From an uncultured delta proteobacterium (GTDB lineage: Bacteria > Myxococcota > Myxococcia > SLRQ01), in contig CAVSGM010000002.1 in assembly GCA_963727485.1 (NCBI GenBank), positions 1,823,779-1,887,778 of the forward strand: DNA of 64,000 nucleotides, in the 5' to 3' direction. Positions 1 through 9,261 of the stretch are shown here, piece after piece. The first letter of the stretch is position 1. Each line of letters opens with the position of its first letter. The translations under genes were made by a program, and so were the position numbers. The notes under the pieces are model-generated. The model did no database searches, had not been told where the DNA came from, and was given only the letters and a program-made list of their open reading frames with translations.

Positions 1-909
1 GTCCGGGAGGCCGTCGGGGGCGAGGTCGGCCTTGCCCACGCTGTGGGAGGGGTCGATGCACACCGGCAGGCGGCTCAAGCGCCGCACCACCGGGACGTGG
101 GCGAAGTCCACGAGGTTGCGGTGGGGGGCGCCGAGGTGGGTCTTCACGCCCCGGAGGCAGAACACGATGTTGGGGTTGCCCTCGCTGGCGACGTACTCGC
201 AGGCGTTGAGCGACTCCTCGAGGCTGATGCCCATGCCCCGCTTGAAGAGCACCGGGAAGCGCTGCTGCTGGCCGACCTCCTTGAGGAGCTCGAAGTTCTG
301 GGCGTTCCGCGTGCCGATCTGGAGCATCACCCCGGTGGGGTTGCCGGCCTGCTCCAGGGCCTCGGTGATCTCGGCGACGTGGCGCGCCGAGGTGACCTCC
401 ATGGCGATGACCCGGATGCCGTGGCGGCCGGCGCTCTCGAAGACCCAGGGGAGGCACTCGGCGCCGAGGCCCTGGAAGTCGTAGGGGCTGGTGCGCGGCT
501 TGTAGGCGCCCATGCGGGTGGTGGTGACCCCGGCGGCGGCCAGCGCGGCGAGGGTCTGGTCCACGTGCGAGACGGTGTCCACGGCGCAGAGGCCGGCGAA
601 GACGTGGAGCTGCTTCTCGTCGAAGGCGACGCCGTTGTAGGTGAAGCCCGGGGTCGGCGCGTCGGGGACGTGGCGGCCGATGAGGCGGTAGCGGCTCGAG
701 ACCCGCACCACCGAGAGGACCCCGGGCAGCTCGCGGAAGGGCTCCAGGGGCACCAGCCGGGTGTTGCCCACCAGGTGGATCTCGACCAGCGCCTGGCCCT
801 CGCCGGTGAAGGCGTGGCGGTGCGGGGTGACCCCGGGGTAGGTGGCGGCCAGCCGCATCACCGCGGCTTCCACGGCCTCGGTGGCGTCGGGGGCGAGGGT
901 GATGACCAT
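1..909 (-). CDS. aroF: 3-deoxy-7-phosphoheptulonate (DAHP) synthase, class I-beta with N-terminal regulatory domain; 3' end outside window
   Basis: Manual minus-strand translation from ATG 909: MVITLAPDATE...FAGLCAVD...MGAYKPRTSPYDFQGLG...LQIGTRNAQNFELL...FKRG...DPSH. Not in the ORF track because the stop lies outside the window. Confidence 0.9.
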   Translation of the reverse strand, partial: MVITLAPDATEAVEAAVMRLAATYPGVTPHRHAFTGEGQALVEIHLVGNTRLVPLEPFRELPGVLSVVRVSSRYRLIGRHVPDAPTPGFTYNGVAFDEKQLHVFAGLCAVDTVSHVDQTLAALAAAGVTTTRMGAYKPRTSPYDFQGLGAECLPWVFESAGRHGIRVIAMEVTSARHVAEITEALEQAGNPTGVMLQIGTRNAQNFELLKEVGQQQRFPVLFKRGMGISLEESLNACEYVASEGNPNIVFCLRGVKTHLGAPHRNLVDFAHVPVVRRLSRLPVCIDPSHSVGKADLAPDGLPD

Positions 910-973
910 GGGCCAGAGGATAGCGCGTATCCGCCTCGACCTCGCCCGCGGGCGCCGCTATGCTCCCGCTGCC

Positions 974-1657
974 GTGCGCAACGCCCTCCTCGAGCCCGCC
1001 CGTCGGGCCCTCGCCCTCGCCGGCGCCGCGGCGATCGTCGCCGGGTGCAGCCCGGCGCCCCAGACGCCCCCGGTCGCCAACGCCGCGCCCTTCGCCCGCT
1101 TCTCCGCGCCCTCCCGCGTCGCCGACGGCGCCGAGGCCCGCTTCGACGCCAGCGGGAGCTTCGATCCCGACGGCACCCTCGTCTCCTTCCGCTTCACCTT
1201 CGGCGACGGCACCCCCGACGCTTTGAGCGGGAGCCCGGCGGCGACCCACGTCTTCCACGGCCCCGGCGACTACCCGGTGCACCTCACCGTCACCGACGAC
1301 GCCGGGGCCACGGGCGAGGCGGTCCACACCGTCCACGTGAGCCTCGTCGCCCCCGACCCCTGCAGCGACGCCGCCCCCTGCCCCCTCACCCAGGTCTGCG
1401 ACACCGGCACCTGCTACAACACCGGCCCCGGGGACGCCTGCGCCTCCGACGCCGACTGCACCGCCCCGGGCACCGGGTGCTACGGCGGGGCCTGCGTGCC
1501 CCCCGAGTGCCAGGTCGACGCCGACTGCGGCACCGGCGCCGAGTGCCGGGGCGGCCTCTGCCAGCCCCTGCCCACCTTCGACGGGGGCACGGTGACCGAC
1601 GGCGGGACCTCGACCGACGGCGGCGTCACGGACGCCGGAACCGGAGACGGCGGATGA
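974..1657 (+). CDS. PKD-domain lipoprotein with Cys-rich C-terminal repeats
   Basis: Lipobox IVAGC; PKD motifs FDASGSFDPDG, FTFGDG, HVFHGPGDYPVHLTVTDDAG; repeated CxxDADC units. GTG 974 is in frame with ORF 842..1657. Confidence 0.75.
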   Translation: MRNALLEPARRALALAGAAAIVAGCSPAPQTPPVANAAPFARFSAPSRVADGAEARFDASGSFDPDGTLVSFRFTFGDGTPDALSGSPAATHVFHGPGDYPVHLTVTDDAGATGEAVHTVHVSLVAPDPCSDAAPCPLTQVCDTGTCYNTGPGDACASDADCTAPGTGCYGGACVPPECQVDADCGTGAECRGGLCQPLPTFDGGTVTDGGTSTDGGVTDAGTGDGG

Positions 1658-2316
1658 CCCGAACGCGCCTGGTCCTCCTTCTCGGCGCCTGCGGGGCCCT
1701 GGGTCTCGCCCTGGCCGCCTGCCCCGCGACCCCGCCCCCGGGGAACGTGCAGCTCGGCGAGTACCTCGTCGACGCCCATCGCCAGGACGGCGGCACCTGC
1801 GTCCTCAGCGCCAGCGACGCCCAGGGCAGCCAGTTCCAGTTCTGGGCCCGCCTCGGCGCCGACGCCGACGGCGGCACCGCCTACCTCACCGTGGCCCAGC
1901 CCCCCACCGCCGTGGCCCAGCAGCCCCGCCGGGGGACGATCCACGACGGCACGCTCCTGTTCACCAACGAGCAGATGCAGAACATCCAGACCTGCGGCTG
2001 CCTGGTGGACGTGACCGAGACCATCGCCCTCACCCCCCTCGCCGGCTCCGTCGACGGAGGCACCGGGGCCAGCGACGGCGGCACGCCCGACGCCGGCCCC
2101 GCCGACGCCGGCCCCGCCGACGCCGGCAGCGGCCCCATCCCCGGCCTCCCCCCGACCGCCGACCTCACCCACGTGGTGGGCACCATCGGCTACCACCTGG
2201 TCAGCGGCGGGAGCTGCGCGCCCCCGGTCGACGGCGGCGTCCTCCCCGACGGCGGCGTCGCCGGGTGCAACCTCCCCTGCGACTTCGGCTACGACCTCTC
2301 CGGCAAGCGCCAGTAG
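1654..2316 (+). CDS. hypothetical lipoprotein with DAGP/DGG linker
   Basis: ATGA overlap with previous stop; signal peptide and lipobox LALAAC; PDAGPADAGPADAG low-complexity tract. Confidence 0.7.
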   Translation: MTRTRLVLLLGACGALGLALAACPATPPPGNVQLGEYLVDAHRQDGGTCVLSASDAQGSQFQFWARLGADADGGTAYLTVAQPPTAVAQQPRRGTIHDGTLLFTNEQMQNIQTCGCLVDVTETIALTPLAGSVDGGTGASDGGTPDAGPADAGPADAGSGPIPGLPPTADLTHVVGTIGYHLVSGGSCAPPVDGGVLPDGGVAGCNLPCDFGYDLSGKRQ

Positions 2317-2328
2317 GCGCCGGGCGGG

Positions 2329-3841
2329 TCACTCCGGGTCGTCCTCGGGGGCCGCCGGGAGGCGGACGATGACCTCCGTGCCCCCGCCGGGCCGATCGGC
2401 GACCTCGATGCGCCCGCCGAGGGAGGTGACCACCCCGTGGGCCGCGGCGAGGCCGAGGCCGGTGCTGCGCTCGCCGTCCCAGGCGTCGCCGTCCCAGGCG
2501 GAGAAGAAGGGATCGAAGACCCGCCCCCGGAGGTGCTCGGGGATCCCCGGCCCCCGGTCCAGGACCGACAGGCGCACCCGGCCGGGCTCGCCGGGGCCGG
2601 TGACCACCGTGACCTCCGGGCGCCCGGAGGCGGCACCGGCGCGCAGGGCGTTGGTCACCAGGTCGAGGATCACCTGGGCCAGGTGGGTGCGGTCGCCGAG
2701 GGCCCGCGGCGCCGGGTAGTCCTCCCGGACCAGGGTCGCCTCCCGCCGCAGGCGAGGGGCCGCCAGGGCCAGGGTGCCCGAGACCACCTCCGCCAGGTCC
2801 ACCGGCTCGACGCGGGCGCCGCCCCCGGTGGCGGCGAAGGTCCGGAGGCCGCCGATGACCCGCCGGGCCTGGGCCACCGCCTCCAGGGCCTCGGCCAGGG
2901 CCTCCTGGAGGTCGTCGCGCACCGGCGGGGGCACGCCTTGGCCGAGCTCGGCGAGCTCGGTGGAGACGAAGCCCAGGGTGGCCTTGATCACCGCCAGGGG
3001 GTTGTTGAGCTCGTGGGCGGCGCCCCCGGCGAGGGTGCCCAGGGCGGCGAGGCGGTCGGTGGTCACCAGGCGCCTGGCCAGGTCCCGGCGGGCGGTCCGG
3101 TCCTCGAGGACGGTGAGGCCCGCCGGGCCGGCGTCGAGCTCGAGGCGCCCGGCGGGGACGGCGTCGAAGAGGGCCTCGGCGCCGTCGGCCCGGACCCACC
3201 GGGACTCCCGGCGCTCGGGGACGTCGGTGCCCGCGAGGAGCCGATCCATCCGCGCCCCCGCCTGGGGCCGGTCGTCGGGGTGGAGGAGATCGAGGACCGG
3301 GAGGCCCAGGAGGGCCGCCGGGTCGTCGTGGCCCAGCATCCGGGCCAGGGGGTCGTTGCCGTAGGCGATGGTCCCGTCGTCGCGAACGACGAGGACCCCC
3401 ACCGGGAGGTGGTCGAGGACCCGGCGCAGGGCCGCCTCGGTCCGGGCGGAGCGCTCCCGCGCCTCGGTCTCGTCGGTGACCTCGACGCTCTGCCCCACGA
3501 CCCCGCCGCCCTCGCCGGGGTAGGGGTACTTGAAGTTGATGAAGTGCCGGCGCCGGCCGCCGACGGTCACCCATCCCCGGCTCACCTGGGGGAGGCCGGT
3601 CTCGAGGACCGCCCGGTCCACCGCCCGCAGGGCCCCTCCCTCGTCGGGGCCGAAGACCTCCAGGTCGGAGCGGCCGAGGAGCTCCGACGGGTCCCGGCCG
3701 GTGAGCGCCCCGAGGGCGGCGTTGGCGAAGCGGTACCGGCCCTCGGCGTCCTTCACGTAGGCGGGGGTCGACGCCTCGTCGAGGAGGGTCGAGACGTGGG
3801 CCAGGAGGGCGTCGGCGGCGGGGTCGGGAATCGTTGGGCAT
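2329..3841 (-). CDS. PAS-domain sensor histidine kinase (one extra base near the start)
   Basis: Two PAS-like segments, H-box [31 protein letters not shown]. Removing one base at GAATC 3828-3832 joins ATG 3841 ([13 protein letters not shown]) to ORF 2329..3756. Confidence 0.85.
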
Positions 3842-3933
3842 CCTTGGGAGCGATTCTACCCACGCGGTGCCCCCTCGCCAGCCCCTCCCCACGACCATGG
3901 GGTCCACCGGCGCCCTGGTCTATGCTCCTCGCC

Positions 3934-5028
3934 ATGGCGAGCACCACCGGCGTCCTCTTCCGGGTGACCACCTTCGGCGAGAGCCACGGCCCCGCGGTGG
4001 GGGTGGTCCTCGACGGCTGCCCGGCCGGGCTCGAGGTCGACCTCCAGGCGGTGCAGGCCGACCTCGACCGGCGCCGCCCGGGGCAGGGGCCGCTGACCAG
4101 CCCCCGGCAGGAGCGGGACCGGGTGGAGGTCCTCTCGGGCCTCAAGGACGGGGTGACCCTGGGCAGCCCGCTGACCCTCCTGGTCCACAACACCGACGCC
4201 CGCCCGGGGGCCTACGACCACCTGGCGCACGTCTACCGCCCCAGCCACGCCGACTACACCACCGAGGCCAAGTACGGCCGCCGGGATCACCGGGGCGGGG
4301 GCCGGGCCAGCGCCCGGGAGACCGTGGGCCGGGTCGCCGCCGGGGCCGTCGCCCGGGCGCTCCTCGCCCGGGACTTCGGGGTGGAGGTGGTCGGCTGGGT
4401 GGGCTCGGTGGCGGACGTCGACGCCGAGGTCGACCCCCTCACCGTCACCCGGGAGGCGGTGGACGCCCAGGCGGTGCGCTGCCCCGAGCCCGGGGCCGCC
4501 GGGAAGATGGCCGAGGCCATCGAGGCCGCCCGCCGGGACCGGGACACGGTGGGCGGGGTGGTCGGCTGCGTGGCCCGGGGGGTGCCCGCGGGGTGGGGCG
4601 AGCCGGTCTTCGACAAGCTCACCGCCGACCTCGCCAAGGGGTGCATGAGCCTGCCCGCCGCCCGGGGCTTCGAGGTGGGGCTCGGCTTCGCGGCCACGCG
4701 GATGCGCGGCTCGGCCCACAACGACCCCTTCGTGATGGCCGGCGGCCGGGTCCGGGCGCCGTCGAACCGCAGCGGCGGGATCCAGGGCGGCATCTCCAAC
4801 GGCGAGCCGGTGCTCTGCCGGGTGGCCTTCAAGCCGGTGGCCACGATCTTCCAGCCCCAGCAGACGGTCACCGACACCGGCGAGGCGGTGGAGCTCACCG
4901 CCAAGGGGCGCCACGACCCCTGCGTGCTCCCCCGGGCGGTGCCCCTGGTGGAGGCGATGGTGCTGCTCACCCTCGCCGACCACGCCCTGCGCCAGCGGGC
5001 CCTTGGACCCGCTCCATCCTCGGCGTGA
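3934..5028 (+). CDS. aroC: chorismate synthase
   Basis: [52 protein letters not shown] signatures. Confidence 0.97.
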   Translation: MASTTGVLFRVTTFGESHGPAVGVVLDGCPAGLEVDLQAVQADLDRRRPGQGPLTSPRQERDRVEVLSGLKDGVTLGSPLTLLVHNTDARPGAYDHLAHVYRPSHADYTTEAKYGRRDHRGGGRASARETVGRVAAGAVARALLARDFGVEVVGWVGSVADVDAEVDPLTVTREAVDAQAVRCPEPGAAGKMAEAIEAARRDRDTVGGVVGCVARGVPAGWGEPVFDKLTADLAKGCMSLPAARGFEVGLGFAATRMRGSAHNDPFVMAGGRVRAPSNRSGGIQGGISNGEPVLCRVAFKPVATIFQPQQTVTDTGEAVELTAKGRHDPCVLPRAVPLVEAMVLLTLADHALRQRALGPAPSSA

Positions 5029-5235
5029 GGTGCTCGCCGTCGGGCGGCGGGTGCGTCACCGTCGATGATGCGGCGACCAGGCCTCCCTCGGCACCCCTCT
5101 GAACGCGTCACGTTGGGATACGTTGGGGCGGATTGCCCCAGTGGGATACGTTGTGACGCATTCGACGGGTCGACCACCCCGCGCCGCCCGGGCACGGCTG
5201 ATCGAGCCGCGAGGCGCCGTCCGCCACAGGCGCCT

Positions 5236-6100
5236 TCAGGGTCCGTCGGCGCCGGCGAGGTAGTCGGGGTAGCGCAGCTCGACGCCGAAGACCGCCTTGG
5301 CCTTGGCGTTCGTCACCCGCTTGGAGCCCAGGAGCGTCGGCGACGGGGCCTCGCTGGCCGGGGCCACCTCCGGCGCCGGGAGCCCGAGGCGCCCGGCGAG
5401 GAAGGTCGCCACCTCCCGGAGGGACGCGGGCCGGTCGTCGGCGAGGTTGTAGATCCCCGAGGCGTCGGGGTCGGCGGCGAGGGCGCGGGCGAGGGTGGCG
5501 ACGATGTCGTCGACGTGGATCCGGTTGAGGAGGTTCTCGCCCCCGCCAAAGAGACGCACCCGGCCGGCGCGCAGGCGCCCCTCGAGCCCCCGGCCCCGGC
5601 CGTAGATCGCCGCCAGCCGCAGGACGATGCCGGTGGCCCCGAGGCTGCGCGCCCCCTCGAGGAACACGGTCTCCGCGTCGAGGCGGGCGGCGGCGCGATC
5701 GGGCCCGGGGTCCACGGGGCTCTCCTCGGTGACCTCGCCGCCGTCGCGCTCGGCGTAGACCCCGGTGGTGGACAGGTAGATGAGCGCCCGGGGCGCGGCG
5801 GCCGGCGACGACGTCGAGGACCGCCCGGGCCCCGGCGTCCCGGCGCGGGTCCGGGCCCACCGGGGGCACGGTGTGCACCACCACCGCCCCCTCGGGGCAG
5901 ATATCGCCGAGGCCCTCCGTCTCGGGAAGTGCACACACCGCGACCTCGACGCCCCGACCGGCGAGCTCCTCGGCCCGGGCGGGATCGCGGAGGGTGCCAG
6001 AGACGGCGATCCCGTGGCCCCGGAGGGTGCGCGCCAGGTGGGCGCCCACGTGGCCGAGACCGACGACGACGACGGGCGGGGGCGCGGTGGCATCGGGCAT
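5236..6100 (-). CDS. NAD-dependent epimerase/dehydratase (atypical SDR, YeeZ-like); frameshift near 5790
   Basis: N-terminal VVVGLGHVG in ORF 5108..6253 continues as IYLSTTGVY...LRLAAIYGRGR...NRIHVDD...YNLADD...YPDY in ORF 5236..6441. Confidence 0.85.
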
Positions 6101-6225
6101 GCAGCGTCCATAGCACGGCGCCGGGCCGGTCGCACCCGGACGCACCCGGGGCCGAAAAGTTGACCGATCCCCACCCTGGGCGACGATGGACGGGCCCGGC
6201 GACCTCCGCCGGACGAGGAGGGAAC

Positions 6226-6597
6226 ATGGACGCGATCCGAACCGAGACGGCACCCGCCTCCACCGCCGTGACCTCGACCCGCAGGGCGCCGGCGAGCGCC
6301 GAGCGCCCGCCCCGGGTCCACGCCGACCTCTCCGTCGAGGTCCGCACCCGCCAGGGCCCGGTGTTCCGCCCGGTGCGCGACCTGTCCCTCACCGGGCTCT
6401 ACGTGGCCGGCCTCCGGGCGCCGGTGGGCCACGAGATCCACCTGACCCTGGCGTTCCCCGACGAGGCGCCCCTGTCCCTGCGGGGCCGGGTGGTCCGCTG
6501 CGACCCGGGGACCGACGCCGGGGTGGCCATGGTCTTCAGCCGCATCGGCTGGGACGACATGCTCACCATCGCCCGGTACCTGGCCCCCCGGATCTGA
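6226..6597 (+). CDS. PilZ domain protein (c-di-GMP receptor)
   Basis: RxxxR-like ERPPR and DxSxxG (DLSLTG) motifs, GRVVR; SD GAGGAGG upstream. Confidence 0.85.
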   Translation: MDAIRTETAPASTAVTSTRRAPASAERPPRVHADLSVEVRTRQGPVFRPVRDLSLTGLYVAGLRAPVGHEIHLTLAFPDEAPLSLRGRVVRCDPGTDAGVAMVFSRIGWDDMLTIARYLAPRI

Positions 6598-6618
6598 GTG
6601 GGGTCATAGCCGACCCAT

Positions 6619-6648
6619 TTTACAGTCAGACTGTGAATTCTCTACACT
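6619..6648 (+). promoter_or_regulatory. putative sigma70 promoter with overlapping palindromic operator
   Basis: TTTACA (6619-6624), 18-bp spacer, TACACT (6643-6648); perfect inverted repeat ACAGTC-A-GACTGT at 6622-6634; locally AT-rich. Confidence 0.55.
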
Positions 6649-6690
6649 GACGGACGTCCTCGCCGGGGAGACACGCCAGGACCCCGACCC

Positions 6691-7131
6691 TTGACCGACG
6701 ACCCCTCCGTACCCGAGAGCCCCCCCGCCGAGCCCACCTCGGGCCGGCGACGATTTCTCCGGGAGGGCGCGGGGATGCTGGCCCTCGGGGCCCTCGCCGT
6801 GGCGCCCGGCGGCCGCGACCGCGCCCTCGACGCCCTCCGGGGCCGGGTTCGCACCGTGCGCCTGGGCAGCGCCCGGCCCCACCCGGCGCCCGGTGTCAGC
6901 GCCCGGCGCGCCGGTGACGAGCTGGTGGTCTCCATCCCCGGCGCCGATCCCGGCGTCGCCCTCAACGAGACCGCCGCCCAGGTGTTCCTCGCCTGCGACG
7001 GCCGGCGCACCGTCGACGCCATCGCCGCCTCGCTCTGTCGGCGCTACCGCGTGTCGCCGGCGCGGGCCCGCCGCGACGCGGGGGCGGTGGTCTCGGCGCT
7101 GACGCGCGCCGGGTGCCTCGTCCTCGGCTGA
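6691..7131 (+). CDS. PqqD/RRE family protein with N-terminal twin-arginine (Tat-like) signal
   Basis: SGRRRFLREGAGMLALGALAV followed by the PqqD pattern LNETAAQVFLACDGRRTVDAIAASLCRRYRVS...DAGAVVSALTRAGCL. Confidence 0.8.
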   Translation: MTDDPSVPESPPAEPTSGRRRFLREGAGMLALGALAVAPGGRDRALDALRGRVRTVRLGSARPHPAPGVSARRAGDELVVSIPGADPGVALNETAAQVFLACDGRRTVDAIAASLCRRYRVSPARARRDAGAVVSALTRAGCLVLG

Positions 7132-7158
7132 TCCCCGGCGTCCCCGCTCCGGGGCCGC

Positions 7159-7369
7159 TCAGGGCCGGCTGGGGGCGCAGGGTCCCGACGGGCGAGCAGA
7201 TCTGGGGGTGGCAGGCGTAGGGTCCGCAGCTCGAGGACGGCGCCGCCCGGGGGATGGGGATTTTGATCGACCGGATCCGAGGGCGGACGTACTTCTTGAC
7301 CCCGTCGACGATCGCCTCCTCGGCGGCCTCCAGGGCCTCGTCCTCGATGTCGTTGCGGTCGTCGCTCAT
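7159..7369 (-). CDS. putative RiPP precursor peptide (69 aa after removing one G at 7180-7182)
   Basis: Acidic leader, KKYVRPRI motif, core SSSCGPYACHPQICSPVGT(CAPSRP*). As sequenced the ORF runs to 6962 and overlaps the convergent PqqD gene; a 1-nt correction gives TGA at 7159-7161 and a fourth CxP unit. Confidence 0.65.
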
Positions 7370-7375
7370 GGTCCG

Positions 7376-9085
7376 CTACCAGGCGGTGGACCAGGTCAGG
7401 CGCCAGCCCGCCGGGAACCGCTCGAGCCAGTACTCTACCACCTGCGTGGTCTCCCGGTCGCCCTGGTCGGCGGTGCGCAGGGCGTGGACCAGGACCTCGG
7501 GGTAGTTGCGGGTGCCGGTGGTGTAGACCGAGAGGATCCGGGTGTGGACGGTGGCGTCGGTGTCGGTCCGGCCGGTGGCGATCCGGGCCCGGGCGGCGTC
7601 GTCGAGGGCGTCGCAGTAGAAGCCGTCCATGGTCGCCCGGTAGGCCTCCGGGTCCCGGGCGTTCACCGCGGCGTCGGCGTCGTGGATCACCCGGGCGATG
7701 GCCGCGCGGTCGGCGTCGGGGACCGGGGTGGGCGGCTGGGAGAGGTAGGGGGCCAGGGCGTCCTTCCAGGCGGCGCGGAAGGCGTCGAGGCCCTCCCCGA
7801 CCACGTGCTGGAGCAGGTGGTCCATCGCCCGGGCCAGGGAGGGGCCGTCGCTGACCTGGTCGCCGAGGGTGTCGACCAGGGTCCACCCGTGCCAGGTCAC
7901 CGCGGCGGCGCGCCACAGCTCCAGGAGCTTCGCCCGGCCGTAGCGGGAGACGAAGAGGCTCACGAACGAGCCGTCCCGACCGTAGTTGCGGCCATAGACG
8001 TCGCTGTCCTCGAAACCGTAGCGGTAGGTCGCGTTCTCCTCGCCGGCGACCAGGTCGTCGGCGTAGGCCTGGTGGCGGTCCCGGCCCGAGCCGTCGAGGT
8101 AGACCGCGAGCCCCTCGTCGAGAAACGGCAGGTGGTCGGTCTTCCCGTCGACGGCGGTGGCGAGGACGTGGGTGAGCTCGTGGCCGAAGTGGTGGCGCTC
8201 GTAGCTGTCGTCGCCTTGGAGGTAGAGGACGTCGACCTCGTGCTTCCAGGGGAAGGCCTGGCCCACGCTGTAGCCGTGGGCGAAGGCGGCCATGCGGTTG
8301 GGCGAGAGGACCACGGTGATCCGCGGGCGGGTGGTCAGGCCCAGGAACTCGCTGATGCGGTCGTAGGCCCGCTGGCGATCCTGGAAGATGGGGTCGAGGT
8401 CGGCGGCGGCGGCGGTGCCCGGGAGGTAGCGCAGGTCGAAGGGGCCGCGCTCGGTGTCCTGGTAGGCGACGCCCGCGTAGGTGGGGACGTCGGCGCAGAG
8501 GACCGGCGCGATCGGGCCGCCCGCGTCGCCGCCGGCGCCGGGGCCGTTGTCGTTGCCCGCGGTGCCGGGGCCGTTGTCGCTGCCCGCGGCCCCCTGGCCG
8601 TTGCCGTTGCCGTTGCCGAGGCCGCTGTCCGGGCCGGCGCCGGTGCCGCCGGTGTCGCCGTTGCCTCCGGCGGTGCCGTTGCCTCCGGCGGTGCCGTTGC
8701 CTCCGGCGGTGCCGCCCGCGCTGCCGCTGGCGCTCCCGCCCTGGTTGGCGCTTCCGTCGTCCTCGCTGCCGGTGCGCGGCCCGGCGCCCGGGACGCCGTC
8801 GAGGCCTCGAAGGTGCAGGCCCCCCGGGAGGCCCGGACGGACGGCGCGCCCAGGCCGGGTCCGCCAGCCGGGGAGGGCGCCGGGGCGGGTGGCCAGGGAC
8901 GCCACCGGGACGCGCAGCGCGCTCGGCGTCGCCACCGGGCGGGTCGCCGCCGCCGGGGCGCCGCCGGCCGTCGCCGGGCTGGCGGCGGTCGTGGTCGGGG
9001 GCGCATCGGTGGGCGGCGCCGCCGGGGCGGTGCAGGCGGCGGCGAGGAGGACGAAGGCGAGGGACGGGGGGGCGAGTCGGCGCAT
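7376..9085 (-). CDS. lipoprotein zinc metallopeptidase (gluzincin/peptidase MA-like) with Gly/Asn-rich linker
   Basis: Lipobox LLAAAC; HFGHELTHVL followed by FLDEGLAVY (HExxH...E); stop 6 bp upstream of the precursor start. Confidence 0.75.
   Translation of the reverse strand: MRRLAPPSLAFVLLAAACTAPAAPPTDAPPTTTAASPATAGGAPAAATRPVATPSALRVPVASLATRPGALPGWRTRPGRAVRPGLPGGLHLRGLDGVPGAGPRTGSEDDGSANQGGSASGSAGGTAGGNGTAGGNGTAGGNGDTGGTGAGPDSGLGNGNGNGQGAAGSDNGPGTAGNDNGPGAGGDAGGPIAPVLCADVPTYAGVAYQDTERGPFDLRYLPGTAAAADLDPIFQDRQRAYDRISEFLGLTTRPRITVVLSPNRMAAFAHGYSVGQAFPWKHEVDVLYLQGDDSYERHHFGHELTHVLATAVDGKTDHLPFLDEGLAVYLDGSGRDRHQAYADDLVAGEENATYRYGFEDSDVYGRNYGRDGSFVSLFVSRYGRAKLLELWRAAAVTWHGWTLVDTLGDQVSDGPSLARAMDHLLQHVVGEGLDAFRAAWKDALAPYLSQPPTPVPDADRAAIARVIHDADAAVNARDPEAYRATMDGFYCDALDDAARARIATGRTDTDATVHTRILSVYTTGTRNYPEVLVHALRTADQGDRETTQVVEYWLERFPAGWRLTWSTAW
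8657..8714. repeat. 18-bp tandem repeat (about 3.2 copies) encoding TAGGNG
   Basis: GCCGTTGCCTCCGGCGGT x3 read directly. Confidence 0.9.
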
Positions 9086-9261
9086 GCCCCGGGTAAGAGC
9101 AGCGGCCGTGCCACCGGGCCCGAACCGGGAAGCGCCAATGGTTCCGAGGATCTGGGGGCTGCGCGGGTGAGGATTGCCCGGGTCGGCGGGGCCGGGCGGG
9201 TCACCTGGCACCCGGCCCGCGGGGACCCGGGCCCCGCCCCGCCGTGCTATGCTCCGTGCGG

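Noticed and set aside
6962..7158. C-terminal extension of the 135-aa ORF 6962..7369
   Set aside because: Low-complexity tail overlapping the convergent PqqD gene; disappears with a 1-nt homopolymer correction.
2086..8714. Short tandem repeats (15-bp near 2086-2126, 18-bp at 8657-8714) as CRISPR arrays
   Set aside because: No spacers, in-frame coding linkers, no cas genes.
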